Sequence record: DRR378314_485
Reading direction: 5' to 3' (one strand)
DNA: 64,000 bases
The position numbers and the translations under genes were made by a program. The notes beneath the pieces are model-generated. The model did not search any database, was not told where the DNA came from, and saw only the letters and a program-made list of their open reading frames with translations. Position 1 is the stretch's first letter. Every line of letters begins with the position of its first letter. Positions 61,088 through 64,000 of the stretch are shown in pieces.

Positions 61088-62959
61088 ATGCAAGCCTATA
61101 AAAACGTTTACTCCGAAGCTCAGCAAGATCCTGAAGGTTTTTGGCTGGAGCAAGCGCGTCTCTTAAATTGGTTCAAAACGCCTAAAGTCGCAGCCCGGGT
61201 CAAAAAGAATGGACTGGCAGACTGGTTTCCGGATGGCGAAGTTAACATCAGTTATTTAGCACTCGATGCACAAATTGAAGCAGGCCGCGGCGAGCAAGTC
61301 GCTTTGTATTACGACTCACCGGTTACCGAAAGTAAAACCAGTTACACCTTTAATCAGTTACGGGAGCAGGTTGCCTGCTTTGCTCATGTGCTAAAGCAAC
61401 ACGGCGTAGAAAAAGGCGACCGGGTTATTATTTATCTCCCTATGATACCGCAAGCCGCTATTGCAATGCTGGCCTGCGCTCGCATTGGGGCCATTCACTC
61501 CGTCGTTTTTGGTGGCTTTGCTGCGCACGAACTGGCTGTTCGCATCGACGACGCGGCTCCCAAACTCATTATCACCGCGTCTTGTGGTATTGAGGGGACC
61601 AAAGTTCTGCCCTACAAACCTATTGTGGATAAAGCTCTGGCTGAAGCGAGCTACAAACCGCGCACTATTGTCTACCAGCGCGAGCAGTGCCAGGCAGACA
61701 TGCAAGAAGGTCAGGACACCGACTGGGAACAGGCACTGACGACAGCAAGCTCTGTAGAAGCCATTCCTCTACCGGCAACTCATCCTCTTTATATTCTCTA
61801 TACCTCGGGCACTACGGGCAAGCCGAAAGGCGTTGTGCGCGACCACGGCGGCTATGCCGTTGCCCTGAATTTTTCCATGAATTACGTTTACGGATTAAAG
61901 CCGGGGGAAGTCTTCTTCACGGCATCCGATGTGGGCTGGGTCGTTGGTCACTCTTATATTGTTTATGGTCCACTGCTTTTTGGTTGCAGCAGTGTACTGT
62001 ACGAAGGCAAGCCGGTGAATACACCAGACGCAGGTGCATTCTGGCGCATAGTTCAGGACTATAACGTCAGCGCCATCTTTTCTGCTCCGACGGCTTTCCG
62101 GGCAATAAAAAAAGAAGACCCTGAAGGCGAGTTTATTCAGCGCTATAACTTAAGCTCACTGAAACGCATTTATATGGCCGGAGAGCGTTTAGATCCGGCT
62201 ACCTATGAATGGACAACCGAATTAACCGACCTGCCGGTTTACGACCACTGGTGGCAGACCGAGAGCGGCTGGCCAATGTGCGCTAACCCGGTTGGTATTG
62301 GAGCGGTAAAAGTGAAACCCGGCTCATCTACCTTTCCGGTTCCCGGCTATGAAATTAGTGTCCTGGACCCACTGGGAAAAAGTTTAGGCAGCAAAGAAGA
62401 AGGTGCAATTTGCGTACGCTTACCTTTACCTCCAGGATGTCTGACTACCGTATGGGGCGATGAACAACGCCTGCACAGCAGTTATCTCAATGCCTTTCCG
62501 GGTTACTACTGCAGTGGCGACGGTGGGTACATCGACGAACAAGGCTATGTTTTTATCATGGGTCGTACAGACGATGTGATAAACGTTGCAGGCCATCGCT
62601 TATCCACCGGGGAAATGGAAGAAATTTTGGCAGCCCATAAAGACGTTGCCGAATGCGCTGTTGTTGCACAACCGGATGAGCTAAAAGGCGAATTACCGGT
62701 TGGTTTTGTTATTCTTAAAAACTCTTCCACCATTGATCATGAGCAATTACAACAGGAACTTATCCAGTCAATACGCGAAGAAATTGGCGCAATTGCCTGC
62801 CTGAAAACCCTGCACATTGTGCCCCGGCTACCTAAAACACGGTCAGGAAAAATATTGAGACGCCTTATCCGACAGGTTCTGCAGCGCGAAGACGTAGCAG
62901 TTCCCTCGACTATTGACGACCCAACAAGTATTGATGCTATTAAGGAAACTCTGCGTTAA
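61088..62959 (+). CDS. prpE: Propionyl-/acetyl-CoA synthetase (PrpE/Acs family)
   Basis: YTSGTTGKPKG, DHWWQTE, GRTDDVINVAGHRL, LPKTRSGKILRR. Confidence 0.82.
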   Translation: MQAYKNVYSEAQQDPEGFWLEQARLLNWFKTPKVAARVKKNGLADWFPDGEVNISYLALDAQIEAGRGEQVALYYDSPVTESKTSYTFNQLREQVACFAHVLKQHGVEKGDRVIIYLPMIPQAAIAMLACARIGAIHSVVFGGFAAHELAVRIDDAAPKLIITASCGIEGTKVLPYKPIVDKALAEASYKPRTIVYQREQCQADMQEGQDTDWEQALTTASSVEAIPLPATHPLYILYTSGTTGKPKGVVRDHGGYAVALNFSMNYVYGLKPGEVFFTASDVGWVVGHSYIVYGPLLFGCSSVLYEGKPVNTPDAGAFWRIVQDYNVSAIFSAPTAFRAIKKEDPEGEFIQRYNLSSLKRIYMAGERLDPATYEWTTELTDLPVYDHWWQTESGWPMCANPVGIGAVKVKPGSSTFPVPGYEISVLDPLGKSLGSKEEGAICVRLPLPPGCLTTVWGDEQRLHSSYLNAFPGYYCSGDGGYIDEQGYVFIMGRTDDVINVAGHRLSTGEMEEILAAHKDVAECAVVAQPDELKGELPVGFVILKNSSTIDHEQLQQELIQSIREEIGAIACLKTLHIVPRLPKTRSGKILRRLIRQVLQREDVAVPSTIDDPTSIDAIKETLR

Positions 62960-62995
62960 ACTATCGCCCTTTCTTTTTAACAGGAACAGGGTGTT

Positions 62996-63973
62996 ATGAC
63001 GTTATCGATTGTTGCGGTCATTGTGGGTTTGGCTGTTTTGGTCTGGAGTGCAGACCGCTTTGTTGAAGGCGCAGCCGCAGTAGCAAAACACCTGGGCATG
63101 GCGCCGTTAGTTATCGGTATGGTCATTATTGGATTTGGTACGTCAGCGCCGGAAATGGTCGTATCGGCACTGGCATCAATGCAGGGTAACCCTGCGTTGG
63201 CACTGGGTAATGCCTATGGCTCGAACATAACCAACATAGCACTGGTTTTAGGTATTACCGCTATGCTCGCTCCTATTGCGGTTAAATCTGTGGTTATACG
63301 TCGCGAGATGCCAGTCTTAATCGCTATAACCCTGTTAAGTGCCGTATTCCTGCTGGACTACCAAATCACCCGGTTGGAAGCCATTCTCTTACTGGTCGTT
63401 TTTGCTGCTTACATGGGTTGGTCAATTTGGGTAGGTTCAAAAAGCAGCGACGACAGCTTAGCCGAGGAATTCACTGAAGAACTGGACTCTAATCCTCTGC
63501 CAATGAAACCCGCCATTATTTGGCTTATTGTTGGCTTATTACTGCTAATTGTCAGTTCACGCGCTCTAGTCTGGGGTGCCGTAAATATTGCGGTGTCACT
63601 CGGCGTCAGCGATTTAGTCATAGGTTTGACTGTGGTTGCTATTGGTACCTCCTTACCAGAGCTGGCTTCAGCCATTGCGGCAACCCGCAAGAATGAGCAC
63701 GACCTGGCACTGGGTAATGTTATCGGCTCGAATATGTTTAACACATTAGCGGTAGTCGGTATTGCCGGTGCTATTGAGCCGGTTTCGCTTGAACCACTGG
63801 TATTAAGCCGTGACTGGGTTGCCATGGCTATACTGACATTGCTGCTCATGGCCTTTGGTATTCGCAAAGCACGACAAGGGCGTATCAATCGCGTACACGG
63901 TTTTATCTTTATTTGCCTGTACCTGCTCTATACCCTGTATTTATTGAAAACAGGCTTTATCGCACCACAATAA
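62996..63973 (+). CDS. Ca2+/Na+ antiporter (YrbG family)
   Basis: Two alpha-repeats, GTSAPE...GNAYGSN and GTSLPE...GNVIGSN. Confidence 0.92.
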   Translation: MTLSIVAVIVGLAVLVWSADRFVEGAAAVAKHLGMAPLVIGMVIIGFGTSAPEMVVSALASMQGNPALALGNAYGSNITNIALVLGITAMLAPIAVKSVVIRREMPVLIAITLLSAVFLLDYQITRLEAILLLVVFAAYMGWSIWVGSKSSDDSLAEEFTEELDSNPLPMKPAIIWLIVGLLLLIVSSRALVWGAVNIAVSLGVSDLVIGLTVVAIGTSLPELASAIAATRKNEHDLALGNVIGSNMFNTLAVVGIAGAIEPVSLEPLVLSRDWVAMAILTLLLMAFGIRKARQGRINRVHGFIFICLYLLYTLYLLKTGFIAPQ

Positions 63974-63979
63974 AACACT

Positions 63980-63998
63980 ATTGCAAATCGTTCGCATT
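63980..63998. promoter_or_regulatory. Probable Fur box for a gene beyond the window end
   Basis: ATTGCAAAT-C-GTTCGCATT, a 9-1-9 imperfect inverted repeat of Fur type. Confidence 0.45.
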
Positions 63999-64000
63999 TA

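Noticed and set aside
1-64000. CRISPR arrays, tRNA/rRNA genes, IS elements, integrases, prophage or defence islands
   Set aside because: All intergenic gaps are about 200 bp or less. I saw no direct-repeat/spacer pattern, cloverleaf or transposase/integrase ORF by eye.

Overview
This is a gene-dense core-chromosome segment of a marine gammaproteobacterium, most likely Idiomarina or a close relative (inferred from gene order, an acidic proteome and the number of peptidases). It contains: the conserved fabB-pdxB-asd-fimV-truA-accD-folC-dedD-cvpA-purF block with mnmC/yfcL; several peptidases (Met-zincin, S9B, M28, M17, S49); a His-rich TonB receptor with a Zur box; a Pho-box-controlled OlsF-like lipid synthase; lpxH-ppiB/cysS; miaE; a VolA-type lipase inserted between sohB and yciK; the complete Na+-NQR operon (nqrA-F, apbE, nqrM), preceded by bolA and fabV; an orphan Wzi-like gene; pqiABC; an NhaP-type antiporter; a Fur-boxed Fe3+ ABC transporter; a ZntB-like transporter; an acyl-CoA synthetase with a CrbR/ErdR-like box; and a Ca/Na antiporter. 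I saw no rRNA, tRNA, CRISPR, prophage or IS element. The best candidate for an undescribed system is a three-domain fusion (cysteine desulfurase + ligand-less persulfide-dioxygenase-like fold + rhodanese) directly downstream of nqrM, which may be a dedicated sulfur-relay or Fe-S maturation module. All calls come from reading motifs by eye; no searches were run.
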